Origin: Octopus vulgaris | Taxonomy: Eukaryota | Assembly: GCA_951406725.2 (NCBI GenBank) | Contig: OX597816.1 | Coordinates: 176,824,001 to 176,888,000, forward strand | Reading direction: 5' to 3' | Length of the DNA stretch: 64,000 nt | Part shown: positions 1 through 12,929 of the stretch, piece by piece | How positions within the stretch are numbered: the first letter of the stretch is position 1 | Layout of the letters: each line of letters begins with the position of its first letter | Program-made: the position numbers and the translations under genes | The notes under the pieces: generated by a model | Databases searched by the model: none | Seen by the model: only the letters and a program-made list of their open reading frames with translations | What the model was told of the DNA's origin: nothing

Positions 1-375
1 GAGCATGATCAGTCTTAACACTTCTGCGGCAGGGCATTGGTCTTCTTGAGTATGGCCAGGTGCTAGGGATCTCAATCCTTTGTCATATTCAAAGAATTGT
101 TCATAAACTAATTTGTTTGTTATGAGGTGTTTGTAAACCAAAATTCCACTATAGTTGAAATAGAAGAAACATCAAAGGATCTTGCCAGGTTTAACTGTGA
201 AAATACAGTGGAGGATTAAATAATTCTTGTTTTTAAAAGGTTTAATGTAATCAAGATGTTTTCAGTTAGCCAGCTATTAAAATCCACAGTTACAATGAAA
301 ATATTTATTTGTTAAATGTTAATGGAAAAAGCTATTTTGAAATGAATTGATTTTTCCCCTTTTTTTTCTTTTTAG

Positions 376-425
376 ATATTTCTAATGTAAAGTTGAAGGA
401 AGAAGATAGGCTTTATAATATAATG
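376..425 (+). CDS. TTLL3: TTLL3/TTLL8-like tubulin glycylase, internal exon (first seen in window)
   Basis: Polypyrimidine tract + TAG acceptor at 373-375 and GT donor at 426. Reads ISNVKLKEEDRLYNIM and joins in phase 0 to SRMVRN of the next exon, as in the TTLL3/8 '...MSRMVRN' motif. Short exon, so weaker. Confidence 0.65.
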
Positions 426-895
426 GTAAAATAAAGAACATTTCTACTGTATCTGAACTAAATTTGAAATATTGTATTTAATGTCACCATGAATACTTGA
501 ACAATTCTGTGCAATGTACACTGCAAAGACTTTTAGAGATAATATATTCTGCTGTCAATTCTTACAGAGTGAATTTGGAGAATCATTAGGACCGCAAACA
601 AAAGTTTTGCAGTATTTAGTTATAGATTCCCCTTACTGGATACATAAAATCATCAAACTTCCTAAGTTTTAAACATAAATTAAAATAAATGATTAATACA
701 ACAATCTTAATCATCTTCATAATACTTGGGTAAAACCATTAACTTTTACAAAAGAATAATAAGGTAGCTAATATTAGTTTATCGTTAAATTTTCAAAGCA
801 TTAATATTAAAGAAAATAAACAACCCGTTATGGCTGAGTTCAAATTCTGCTGGGGTTGGTTTTGCTTTTCAGCTTTCTTGGGTCCGTAGAGTATA

Positions 896-1815
896 TGAGG
901 TGGTATCAAAAAGTTCTCGGACTAGTTCTGTAGTGCACCATCAGATCACAGCACACAGTTGTGTGTGCAGAGAAAGCTAGCAGTGACCTTCATGAGGCAA
1001 TATGCCAAGAGACATTGCTGTGTTTACTTTGCAAGTTGTGAAATTTGTGCTTCTGTGATCCTGTGTCTGCTGTAGTCTGTGATTTTGTCATGGACAGGAA
1101 CAAAAAGCCAACGTGAAATTTTGTGTAAAACTTGGGAAGTCTGCTACAGAGACACCAAGCATGCTTTGGCAAAGCTTACAGTGATGAGGCAATGGGTCAT
1201 ATGCAATGTTTCAAATGACATGGATGCTTCAAAAGTAGAAGAATGTCCCTGGAAGAGGATGAGTGATCTGGAAGATCTGCAACAAGTATCATCCCCAGAG
1301 ATGTGGTATTGTGCATTGAGAATCCATCCCCCAGGGTCAGACTGTCGACTGAGGGTTCTATTGTGATGGTTTGAAGCGTTTGAGGGAGGACATTTGGTGA
1401 AAGTGACTGGATCTGTGGAGCGCAAAGAATTGGATTCTTCATGACAACAATGTACCCTGTCACCCACCTCTCCTCACTCATGGGTTTCTTGCCAGAAATG
1501 ATATAGTATTGCTTCTACAGCCACCCTAATCGCTAGATTTAGCACCTGCGGACTTCCATCTCTTCTCTAAGATGAAAATGTGGCTCAAGGTCACGTTTTA
1601 ACACTGTTGTTGAGATTGAGAGTGAATCACAGAAGGTCCCCGACTTGCTTATGGAAAATGCTTTCCGGGCCAGATTCCAAAAGTGGCAGGAACATTGGGA
1701 TTGGTGTATTGCTGTGCAAAGTGACTATTTTGAAGGAGATGATGTTAAAACTTAGATAGATAAGTTATTTTTTTATGAAACATAACTAGTCGTGGAATTT
1801 TTTGATACCATCTCA
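896..1815 (+). mobile_element. Decayed mariner (Tc1/mariner) DNA transposon
   Basis: Imperfect TIRs TGAGGTGGTATCAAAAAGTT... / ...AATTTTTTGATACCATCTCA, preceded by TA. Internal relics of mariner motifs (HDN at ~1440; PPxSxDLAPADFHLF at ~1520-1567) with stops and frameshifts. Confidence 0.8.
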
Positions 1816-2797
1816 TGTAGCAGTGATGTGCTGGGATTGATATAATTGTTTCCTCCTTCAAAGAAATCACTGAAGTTAAGCATCTGTTTTGGATCACGTA
1901 TTTTCACTGATAACATCAAGCAATTGATTCTATTTACTTTAATGCATAGATAAATTAATACAAGTATATTAAATGCTAAATTGAGATTATTTTTTTAAAA
2001 CTAGTTTAAAGCGGCAAGCTGGCAGAATCATTAGCACACCAGACAAAATGCTTAGCAGTATTTTGATCTGTCTTTTTATTCTGAGTTCAAATTCTGCCAA
2101 GGTCAGCTTTGCCTTTCATCCTTTTGGCATTAATAAGTGCCAGTCAAGTAATTGACTTTACCATCCCCTCCAAAACTGCCAGCCCTGTGCCAAAATTTGA
2201 AACCATTATCCCCCCCCCCCATCTCCCCCTCTCTCTGGCCAGGTAACCATGTACTTCCTCTATAGCAAGACACCTGTTTCTGTCTCTGTCACACTCTAAC
2301 CTTCATTGATGAGAATAGAGTAAAATTTATCGTAAAATTCATGTGAATTGGATTTTTCACTTGACAGCTTATTTGATAATTGAAGAAAGCTTCACTTCTG
2401 GAAGTTATATAAGAAAATAGAAGGAAAATCTCATTAGAAGATGTCTAGTTAGTAATTTAGATATATTTAAAAAGTTACTACCCCTCCTCCTCCCTCTCTT
2501 CCCTACTCTCTTCCTCCCCCTCTCCCCCCTCTCTGGCCAGGTAACCATGTACCTCCTCTATAGCAAGACACCTGTTTCTGTCTCTGTCACACTCTAACCT
2601 TTCATAATCTGACACAAAATTACCTCCTTCAGTGCCACCTCCCCTCCCAAAATTCCTTGTGTTGCAAGTTACTTGGTTATCCTGCCAGTGCTGGTACCAT
2701 GTGAAAAGTATCCAGTTCACATTGAAAGAAGTCCATCGTATATCTATATCTATCTATCTATCTATGTCTGTCTGTCCGTCCATCCGTCCATCCATCC

Positions 2798-4935
2798 ATC
2801 ATCATCATCATCGTTTAACATCCGTTTTTCGTGCTAGCATGGGTTGGATGGTTCGACCGGGGTCTGGGAAGCCAGGAGGTTGCACCAGGCTCCAGTCTGA
2901 TCTGGCAGTGTTTCTACAGCTGGATGCCCTTCCTAACGCCAACCACTCCATGAGTGTAGTGGGTGCTTTTTATGTGCCACCGGCACAGGTGCCAGACGAG
3001 GCTAGCAGCAGCCACGATCAGTTGGTGCTTTTTATGTGCCACCGGCATGGAAGCCAGTCAAGGCGGCGCTGGCATTGGCCACATTCGGATGGTGCTTTTT
3101 ACGTGCCACCGGCACAGAAGCCAGTCTAGGCGGCGCTGGCATCGGCCATGTTCGGATGGTGCTTTTTACGTGCAACCGGCACAGGTATCACAACTACTAT
3201 TTCCATTTGATATTTATTTCAATGTTCATGTACTTGACTCAATAGGTCTCTTCAAGCACAGCAGGTTGTTCTGCAATCCAAGGTACTTTGAATGGGCTGG
3301 GGCTATGCGAAACTGGTGCAGGAAGCAGCCCGGGTCTTTGCAGTCACAGCATATCTCCAGAGATCTTGGTCCTTCGTCATTGCCTCTGTGAGGCCCAACG
3401 CTTGGAGGTCATGCTTGACCACCTCATCCCATGTCTTCCTGGGTCTACCTCTCCCCCTGATACCTTCAAGTGTTTGGGAGTGGCACTTCTTCACACATCT
3501 CTCCTCATCCATCCGCAGTACATGACCATACCATCGCAAGCGTCGCTCTTGCACACCACATCTGATGCTTCTTATGTCCAGCATTTCTCTCGGGGTGCTT
3601 ACATTCTGTCGTGCGTGCACACTGACATTACACATCCAGCGGATCATGTTAGCTTCATTTCTTTCAAGCCTACACATGTCCTCTGCAGTCACGGCCCATG
3701 TTTCACTACCGTGAAGCATGGCAGTTCGCGCACATGCATCATACAATCTACCTTTCACTCTGAGCGAGAGACCCTTTGTCGCCAGTAGGAATAGGAGCTT
3801 TCTAAACTTTACCCAGGCTATTCGTATTCTAGTGGTGACACTCTCTGTGGTGTCTATTGTCCCTGTGCATCTGCCGCACATGAAAGCTATCTTATCAGTT
3901 AATTTCCCTTTGATGTTGCTGCACCTCTTATGCGTCCATTGCTTACACTGGGTACATCTTATGCAGTTTCTACCTACACCTTTCCTACAGATCGAGCAGG
4001 GCCACCTGCCCGATGGGGGGTGTCATGAGTTTGCCTTTCTGCTTACTATAACTTTGGCCTTTGCTACATTTACTCTAAGGCCCTTTGATTCTAAACCTTG
4101 CTTCCACACCTGAAATTTCTTTTCTAGTTCTGGTAGTGATTCTGCTATGAGGGCCAGGTCATCAGCATAGAGGAGCTCCCATGGGCAACCTGTTTGGAAT
4201 TCCTCTGTTATTGCCTGGAGGACTATGATGAATAAAAGGGGACTGAGGGCTGAACCTTGGTGGACACCTACTTCTACCCGGAATTCTTCACTATACTCAT
4301 TGCCAATCCTAACCTTGCTGACAGCCTCTCTGTTTAGGGCCTGTACAGCCCTTATTAGCCATTCGTCAATCTCCAGTTTCCGCATCGACCACCAGATAAG
4401 GGATCGGGGGAACCTGTCAAAGGCTTTCTCCAAAAAGCTATGTAGAGGGGTTTATCTTTAGCTAGGTATTTCTCCTGCAGTTGTCGAACCAGGAATATAG
4501 CATCAGTGGTGCTTCTACTCGGCACAAAACCGAACTGCATCTCATCTAAGCAAATTCTCTCCCTAATGAGATGGGCTATGACCCTCTCTGGGACCTTCAT
4601 CACCTGATCCAACAGTTTAATACCCCTGTAGTTATTTCTATCTAGAGCATCACCTCTACCCTTGTAGCAGTTGACTATGGTGCTGCTACGCCAGTCATTG
4701 CGTATGATTGCATCATGAACTACCTGGTTTACAATGCGGGAGACTAGGCCATAGCCCACACCACCAGATGTTTTAAGCATCTCAGCAGTGATTCCTGATG
4801 GGCCGTGGGCTTTTCCTGGTTTCATACCCTTAATTGCCTTAACTACTAGGGGGCTGTCTATTCGGGTAGCTGGTCCCTCTACCGAGTCAACATTTGGCAG
4901 GCTCGCCTCCTCCCATTCATTCTCCACATTCAGCA
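2798..4935 (-). mobile_element. 5'-truncated RTE-clade LINE (RT with frameshifts; 3' UTR with ~65-bp tandem units and (ATG)n tail)
   Basis: Minus-strand ORFs 4355-5041, 4023-4433 and 3303-3881 give NYRGIKLL, QFGFVP, EKAFD, GVHQGSALSPLLF, LLYADDL, RRLRWYGHV and RGRGRPRKTW, typical of RTE. The 3' end is at the (CAT)n run at ~2798-2812. Confidence 0.88.
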
Positions 4936-4989
4936 ACACACACACATATATATATATAAGTAAAAAATTAATGAGTGCATGCATTACAT

Positions 4990-5787
4990 AAATAATATTT
5001 TCAGGATTAAATAAAAGGACAACAATTGGAAAATATGACACACCTATATATAATTAACAAAAAAATGTATTGTAATTAAACAAATGAACGTATACTAAAC
5101 TAGCAGCATAGCCCGGCTTTGCCCGGGTATGTAAGAGCCCCTAGTAGGCAACGACTAATCCCAATCTAGTCCTTTCCCTCTAAGGAACGAAGGCGCATGT
5201 GTAGGTTGCAATGTCTTCTCTTCACTCGAATACTTCTGTGTATACGATGTTCCTAGCTGTCCCTTTGGGTGATAAAATGGTTGAATTGTGTCCCCTAGAC
5301 AGAAAATGTGTTGCATATAAAAAGCTTAGATTCTCGACCCCATGTCGAATTTATCGATTTTTTTCAGAACTGGGGGAACTTTTCAAAATTTTCACTGCGT
5401 TAGTTTTGAATTATGACATTGGGCTATGTGTGTGTCAAGTTTCATCAGAATCGGTTGAAAGTTGTGGTCAGGGTGAGGGTACAACCTGACAGACACACAG
5501 ACTGCCGTTTATATAGAGAGAGATACACAAATGAACAGAGAACACAGAAGACCACCAATTCTTCATCAGTTTTTGGCTGGAGGGTCAGACACAACTTCAG
5601 CCGTTATTGATAATGGCTGAAATTGCATTTGACCCTCCTGCCAATAACTGATGAAGAATTGGTGGTCTTCTGTGTTTTCTGTTCACCTGTGTATTTAGTA
5701 TATGTTTGTTTATTTACTACACATTTTTTAAAATTATATATATAGGTATGTCATATTTTCCAATTGTTGTCTTTTAATCCTGAGAAA

Positions 5788-5790
<3 letters not shown>
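4990..5790. repeat. Long imperfect inverted repeat (foldback), possibly Penelope-like derived, left arm interrupted by a Helitron
   Basis: Arms CAGGATTAA..GGACAACAATTGGAAAATATGACA..CACAGAAGACCACCAATTCTTCATCAGTT and their reverse complement; centre ~5608. A third partial copy lies at ~6165-6255. Confidence 0.75.
5100..5523 (-). mobile_element. Non-autonomous Helitron
   Basis: Minus strand starts TC (5523) and ends with the hairpin CCCGGGCAAAGCCGGG then CTAG (5100). Inserted between A5099 and T5524 with no TSD; the empty site TATACTAAA|TACAC survives in the opposite arm of the surrounding palindrome (~5687-5703). Confidence 0.85.
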
Positions 5791-5819
<29 letters not shown>

Positions 5820-6460
5820 CATTGTATCTTTGTTTCTCCCCCACTATTACTTGACAATCGGTGTTGGTATGTTTATGTCTCCATAACAGTTCAGTAAAAA
5901 AGACTGATAGAATAAGTACTAGGCTTTAGAAAATTAAGTCCTGGGGTTGATTTGTTCGACTAAAATCCTTCAAGTCTGTGCCCCAACATGGTTGCAGTCA
6001 AATGATTGAGACAAATTAAAGACTAAGTATATATATACTTATATATCCAAAGAGTGGCAGGTAACACTTAGTAAGTGCTTTGGACAGACCGTAGTTAAAG
6101 TCTTGGTTCGATAGTGATATGATTGAGGAGTCTAATGTGGGTCTTGTATTAGTGTCCATATACAAAATACACAGGTGAACAGAAAACACAGAAGATCACC
6201 AATTCTTCATCAGTTATTGGCCAGAGGGTCAAATGCAATTCCAGCCATTATCGAAATTGCTGGCCTAACACTATAGTAAAAGACACTTGCCCAAGGTTCC
6301 AAGCAGTAGGACTGACCCCAGAACCATGTGTTTGAGAAGGAAGCTTCTTACCCTACAGCCTGTCTGTGCAGTAAACTAACATTTATAAATTTATGTGTGT
6401 GTAGAAATGAATTTGCTTGCTACAAGATTAAAGATATTTTTATTCTGCATCAGCATCAGC

Positions 6461-6689
6461 TTAACCCTTTCGTTATCAACCCGGCTGAAACTGGCTCTGG
6501 CTCTTTAGTACAAATGTCTGGTTTTCAAAAGTTTTGAATTAAAATCTTCCACCAAACCTTAGTCACAATTTATGTCCCTAACTCTAGCTTAATGATAACG
6601 ATGTTATTTTACTTAATTCTTTGTTATATTTAAAATAATTGGAAGAAACACTGAACATCTCAAAATAAATTCAGTAATGAAAGGGTTAA
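6461..6689. mobile_element. piggyBac-type MITE
   Basis: TTAA-CCCTTTC...GAAAGGG-TTAA termini, ~230 bp, no ORF. Confidence 0.75.
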
Positions 6690-7920
6690 CATCCATGCTG
6701 GCATGGGTTGGATGGTTTGAAAAGATCATGAGCCCAAAGACTGCATTCAGTTCCAATGTCTGCTTTGGCAAGTTTCTTTTATGTCTGAATGCCCTTCCTA
6801 ACACCAACCCACTTATTTGTGAGTAAAATTTAATTGAATACGTTTATCATTATTTTATGGGCTTTGACATTTTCCTCTGTTTGTTTTAGAATTCTTTTAA
6901 TTGTTCTTGATTAAAAATAAGATCATAACATTTGAAACAACTAAAATAGTAAAATGTACTTCAAGATTATTAAACCTTATCAGTGAATTTATTTGTCTAA
7001 ATTTGTAATAATTTATATCAGTGACCATTGTGAAGTATTCTTCAGAACCTTTACCAATAACAGATTGAATATGTCTAATAAAGGTGATGAGCTGGCAGAA
7101 TAATTACAGAGTCAGCAGAAATGCTTTGCAGTATTTCTTCCAGTTCTTTGTTCTGAATTCAAATCCTGCTGAGCTAAACTTTGCCTTTTCAACCCTCTGG
7201 GGCTGGTAAAATAAAGTACTAGGGTATATTTAATTTACTAACTTTTCTTCCCAAATTTCAGGCCTTGTGCTGTAATTGTGAAGTAATTGTGTTTAATGAA
7301 AATTGCCACATGAAAAAATCTATTAATTGTCTTATAAAAATTCAAGAGAAAAATATAGACATTTTCATTTATTTGGATTAAAAAGTAAATGGTTGAAATA
7401 GTTTTGTCTTTCCAAAATAGATATTTACTATTTAATATATTTCCAAAGTATGTCAATTGTTTCTTTTTATATTGCTCATACTTTTCTTTTTATATAACCT
7501 TAGATATATCTCAATCCATTTTGAAAATAGATTTGCATATTAATTTCTCTCAAACTGTTTAATGGATTGCTAGCTCTGCATAGCTTTATGATTATTTAGT
7601 TACTTGTATATGATGCATAAATACATTATTCTTTTATAAAATACTTTTGTAAAACATAAGTTGAAAAATATATTGCTAGTATTATAACAATAATATTTTC
7701 CCAGTAAAGATGAAAGAAATTATTGATATACTAACCCATATTGTAAGAACGAGATTTACAATTAAAAGTACTTGATTATCTTTAAACTTTGGTTTGAGAA
7801 TATTGTATATCTTTGAAATTTTGATATGATTTCAGTGCATTATAACTAAAACATTTTAGAAAAAGCACAGTAATTATTTTTAAATCTATTGAAATATCAT
7901 CAGTCTTTAATATATTCTAG

Positions 7921-8049
7921 TCCAGAATGGTCCGAAATGTGCAACCATCTTTGATTTGGGTGTTACAAAGAGATTATGTTGATCATCGATTATTAAACAA
8001 AGATCAAATGATTAATCATTTTCTGCATTCAGGAGTATTTACCACAAAG
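7921..8049 (+). CDS. TTLL3: TTLL3/TTLL8-like tubulin glycylase exon
   Basis: TAG|...|GTAAGC boundaries. Translates SRMVRNVQPSLIWVLQRDYVDHRLLNKDQMINHFLHSGVFTTK, matching the TTLL3/8 'DQMxNH...FTTK' segment. Confidence 0.9.
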
Positions 8050-10769
8050 GTAAGCGTAACTTTCTGGAATACAGTTAAGAGAGAGCTGATATATATATGA
8101 AGTGAATGAAGAAGGATTTCTAATCTCTTTAAAGTACACGTGTAATCAGAAGATAAAAGATTAGTGTTAATGAGGATTACTGCCAAGAGGGACAAAGGAG
8201 AGAAGTCCAGAATTTAAATGGATAAAAATGTAAATGTGGTTATGTAGGAATGAGTGTGATCTTTAGTAGTTACACAGACAACTCCAAACATATTTCAGTC
8301 TTATCAAACTTTTTTAGCAAAGCAGAACCTAACACATAACTGCCATATCTGAGAATGATTTTTAAGTGAATGTTTTCTTTTTTTTGTGGGAATTATTCAC
8401 TAGTAACACAATTTAAAACAGATATATCAGGAAATTTCTCCTGGATGTCTTCTTCATGAAGAATGTTTTGCATGAGCTAACATACATAATGTAGTGAACC
8501 AAAAAGAATTTCTGTTTGATTGAAATTACAACCCTAAGAAAAAGTTAATTTCTTTATTTTTCATCGAATTTTGATTTGATGAACATTCAATTTTTTCTTC
8601 TTTAAATCTTTAGCATTTAAACCAGCCATATGTAGCCAAAATATCCTATCTGTTTTATGGTCAAACCAGCCAGGTCTGACTTCTCACACCTGTAATGTCA
8701 TTCTAAAAATAAAGTCACATCATCAAAATCCTAAACTGAGATGATGCATAATTGATTGAAAGCTGCATAACTAAATAAGCTTTACAGATTAATTTGAATC
8801 CTAAAAGGTTAAATTAGTGATTGAAGCACCATTTAGTATTATGATGACGAAAGGGAATTGATGCAAAAATTATTTTAAGAGCAATTAACAATTCATTGAA
8901 ATTTTTAGTGTCAGTTCTTTTAATGAAAAATCATCAAGTTTACTTTAAGAGTCCAATTTCAAAATATTTCATTTTATATGTTCTGTGGTCTTCTCTATTA
9001 TACATGTACAGTTTTCTGATCCTTTATACAATAGTAAACACAGGATTACCTTCTGCAATAAATATGCTATATTGCTTTTGACTCAGATCATTGTAAAATT
9101 ATGTTAAAAAAGGAAATTTCCATCTTTTGTAATATCTGAGCTATCATGTATTTGTCAACATTTCTGTTTTAATATAGAAAATAAATACTCATAAAACAAA
9201 TCTATCAATAACTAAAACAATTATTTCCATATTCCAAAATAGAAAAGAAAATACCAAAAGTTACTATATCTTCTAGTATTCCGGTGTCAATTTGAATTAA
9301 GTATTCCTGTATTCATTGTAAAAGAATTTATCATGAGTATTCACTTTTAGTTTACTATTAAATTTGTTTGGGTCATAGTCATTTATGCTATTTTGTTAAA
9401 GGAAAGGTCTTTGGAATCTTTAAAAACAATCTAAATTTAGGATTAGCTTTGAGTGCTTTGTAATGATAGATTTTATATTGTAAATCAAAGGTTCTCGACC
9501 CATTTCGGCCCAAAGACCCCCTTTTGACACTTGGAGTCACAAATCTCCCCCACAGAAATTATTTTCATTTTTCAATATACTACTTAGTTTGATACCAGCA
9601 GAAAATGATTTTAAAAAATGGACGTCGTTTTACATATGCCCTTGTATGCAGTCGGGAGTACAGATGTTCAAATCGAAATGCAAAAAACGAAATAATGAAT
9701 TGAAAGTTTAGTAATTGCGTTTATTTGCACCATGCGACACTTATGAAATCAATGTGTTGTCTATAGAAAGAGTGCTTTTTGGTGCAAGTAAATGCTGATG
9801 AAATCATTTCAAACTTTTTCTGATTTCTCTTATCAAAACAGCTAGAACTTGTGCAACAATGTGACGTATAAGTTATTGTCACTTGGGAAGAAAATTTTTT
9901 ATGCTCAAGAAAGAGTGTATTTAAGAAATTGGTGAAATACATATGTACTTCATGTGTGTAGCAAATTGTGATGGATGGTATTCACTGTACTTGGATCTAG
10001 TTAGTTTGTGTCACAAAATCAGCCCCTTTTAAAATGATGTAAAAAAATCTGAAAATTTGACATATTAAACATTCATTTCTTATTCAGGATCCAGTTTATT
10101 TCATTCACACAATCTGCATTTTTTAAAAGGAAGTAAAAAATCTGAAAATTGGTTATCTTGATGCAGTTCTCCATGCTTATTCCTATGAAGCCATGAACTT
10201 CTGGAGAAAAAATTTGACATGCACAAATTTTTTTTTTTTGATTTGAGATTTTAAAATATGGACAGTCCGAATCTACCATTCGTTTCTCTTTATAAATTCC
10301 AAATAATTTTTTAAATACTTCAAAATCAAAATTATGTAAATATGTGTGCCAGAAACAGTAGTTAAAAATTAAGGAAATAGATTTTGGGGGATCTCTTATG
10401 ACTGACTTTTATTCCGTTATTCTAATATCTTCTGAAACTTATATATGTATAAATGCATACAGAAACATACAAATATATACACACATACATACATTTTTAA
10501 AGAGTTAGTTTTATATAAATCCTTGTATATATATATAAATATTTTGGTGTACTTACACAATTGTGCCCCAAAGATTTGCTTCTTCATAATCTTGAGAAAA
10601 TTTAATATTTCTTTTCTACAAATATGTTTCAGAGCATGTAGATTCCGATTAAATTGGAATTCATTGTGAAAACCGTTTGTCCCTAAAGGAGTTTTAGAAA
10701 ATTCACACCTTTAGACCTTGCAGTGTATATATGTGTGTGTGTGTGTGGGGGGGGCATATATGTATTGTT

Positions 10770-11200
10770 TTGGTGGCACGTAAAAAGCACCATCCGATCG
10801 TGGCCGTTGCCAGCCTCACCTGGCCCCCGTGCCGGTGGCACGTAAAAAGCACTACCCGACCGTGTCCGTTGCCAGCGCCGCCCTGACTGGCCTCCGTGCC
10901 GGTGGCATGTAAAAAGCACCATCCGATCGTGGCCATTGCCAGCCTTGCCTGGCCCCCGTGCCAGTGACACGTAAAAAGCACCATCCGTCCATGGCCGTTT
11001 GCCAGCCCTGTCTGGCACCTGTGCGGGTGGCACGTAAAAAGCACCCACTAAACTCACAGAGTGGTTGGCGTTAGGAAGGGCATCCAGCCATAGAAACACT
11101 GCCAGATCAGACTGGGCCTGGTGCAGCCCTCAGGCTTCCCAGACCCCAGTTGAACCGTCCAACCCATGCTAGCATGGAAAGCGGACGCTAAATGATGATG
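10770..11200 (+). repeat. RTE 3'-UTR-derived short element with tandem ~65-bp units
   Basis: Same sequence family as 2798-3190 (GTGCCACCGGCAC units; TTGGCGTTAGGAAGGGCATCCAGC; CCAACCCATGCTAGCATGGAAAGCGGACG; (ATG)n tail). Confidence 0.8.
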
Positions 11201-11744
11201 ATATCTTTATACATGCACATACATGCATAAAAACCTGGTACGCCATTGGTTATGATAATCACAAATATCCAAAACTTCTTCACCACTCTTCCAACTTCAT
11301 TTTTCCTCTTAAAAAGAAGGCTTTTGTCTACTTGGACTATATGTCGTACCACTGCAGGGTTGTCTGTCTGCTAATATTGCTGATGGACATGCAGCATGTC
11401 ACTGGCGTTTCACATATGAAGTCCAAGATTCTGTGCAAAAGTGTGAGGATCATCAATTGACTTTCTTCCATAAAAGTATTGAAAAATTATTTGGAAATTA
11501 TAAAGAGAAATGAATGGTAGATTCGGAAAGTCTGTATTTTAAAACCACAAATCAATAAAAAAATTTAAAAATTGGGGAGGTGGGAGATTTTTTTTTGTTG
11601 CATAATCATATCAATTCCATTATGCAAAAGACAGAGTTGATAAAGTTTTGTAAAAATTCGTAAAAATACAAAAGTTATGAGGCATTTTAGCATGTGCTTA
11701 CATCATAATTCCACCCATTCATATATATATATATATATCACATG

Positions 11745-12036
11745 ATCACGTGACCGACCAGTCCATCAGATGTAGTTACACATCGCTGGTCACAATGTGT
11801 TTGCATTGTTTTGGCCTTCGAATGACGTCACCCCGCTGGCTAAGTGAGCAGGCCAAGAGAAGAAAGAGTGGTGAAAGAGTACAGCAGGGATCACCCCCCC
11901 CCCCCCCTGCCGGAGCCTCGTGGAACTTTTAGGTGTTTTTGCTCAATAAACACTCACAACGCCCAGTCTGGGAATCGAAACCGCGATCCTACGATCGCGA
12001 GTCCGCTGCCCTAACCACTAGGCCATTGTGCCTCCA
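11745..12036 (-). mobile_element. tRNA-derived SINE (family also at 55680-56051)
   Basis: Minus-strand head GGAGGCACAATGGCCTAGTGGTTAGGGCAGCGGACTCGCG...GGTTTCGATTCCC with Pol III A/B-box-like motifs; second copy at 55680-56051. Confidence 0.7.
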
Positions 12037-12407
12037 CACACACATGTACACACACTCGCGCACACACACATACACACATTCACATACCCCCCTTTTACAT
12101 ACAGACACATATTCACACAGAGTTGAAACGGTGTTTGATTTTCTGCATACAATTTTCATCATTCCACTATGACATCACCCCTTCCTTCCTTATTCATCTA
12201 TCACCCCCTTCCTTTCTCATTCATAAACACAAGAGTATTATTATAGAAGATTATCTCGGTAACCATGGGAGCTATGAAAAAATACAAAACCCTGTATCAC
12301 CACTGGATCATTCTACACATCTGTGTAATTTTTCATGCAATTCCACCCAGCCATTTGATCGAGAATCCTAAAACAAGAATTGCCCCTGTCAAATTTATTA
12401 TATTATT

Positions 12408-12468
<61 letters not shown>

Positions 12469-12475
<7 letters not shown>

Positions 12476-12677
12476 TAAATTAGAGATAAAACCACTATTA
12501 GGCAAATCAAACAGTGAAAAACATAAGCCAATACATAAAATTAATTTAATTTAATTTATATTATTTTATTTTAAATATATTTAAAATAATATAAATTAAA
12601 TTGATTTTATGTATTGGCTTATGTTTTTCACTGTTTGATTTGCCTAATAGTGGTTTTATCTCTAATTTAATATAATA
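12469..12677. repeat. Near-perfect AT-rich palindrome (~100-bp arms)
   Basis: ATTAAATTAGAGATAAAACCACTATTAGGCAAATCAAACAGTGAAAAACATAAGCCAATACATAAAAT mirrored by ATTTTATGTATTGGCTTATG...TCTCTAATTTAAT; centre ~12577. Flanked by (TA)n. Confidence 0.85.
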
Positions 12678-12754
12678 TAATATTTTACTATAAAATTGGA
12701 TTCAATCCTAAATCTGATTTTTCCCTGTAAGTTAGGATTTATTCCCTAATATTT

Positions 12755-12906
<152 letters not shown>

Positions 12907-12929
12907 TATATATTTATTATATATTATTA

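Noticed and set aside
9486-10400. Possible hAT-type element starting CAAAGGTTCTCGACC
   Set aside because: No matching second TIR, TSD or transposase motif found.
11960-12036. tRNA-like sequence (also ~55975-56051 and other SINE heads)
   Set aside because: No complete cloverleaf or acceptor stem, and continuous with SINE bodies; these are SINE heads, not tRNA genes.
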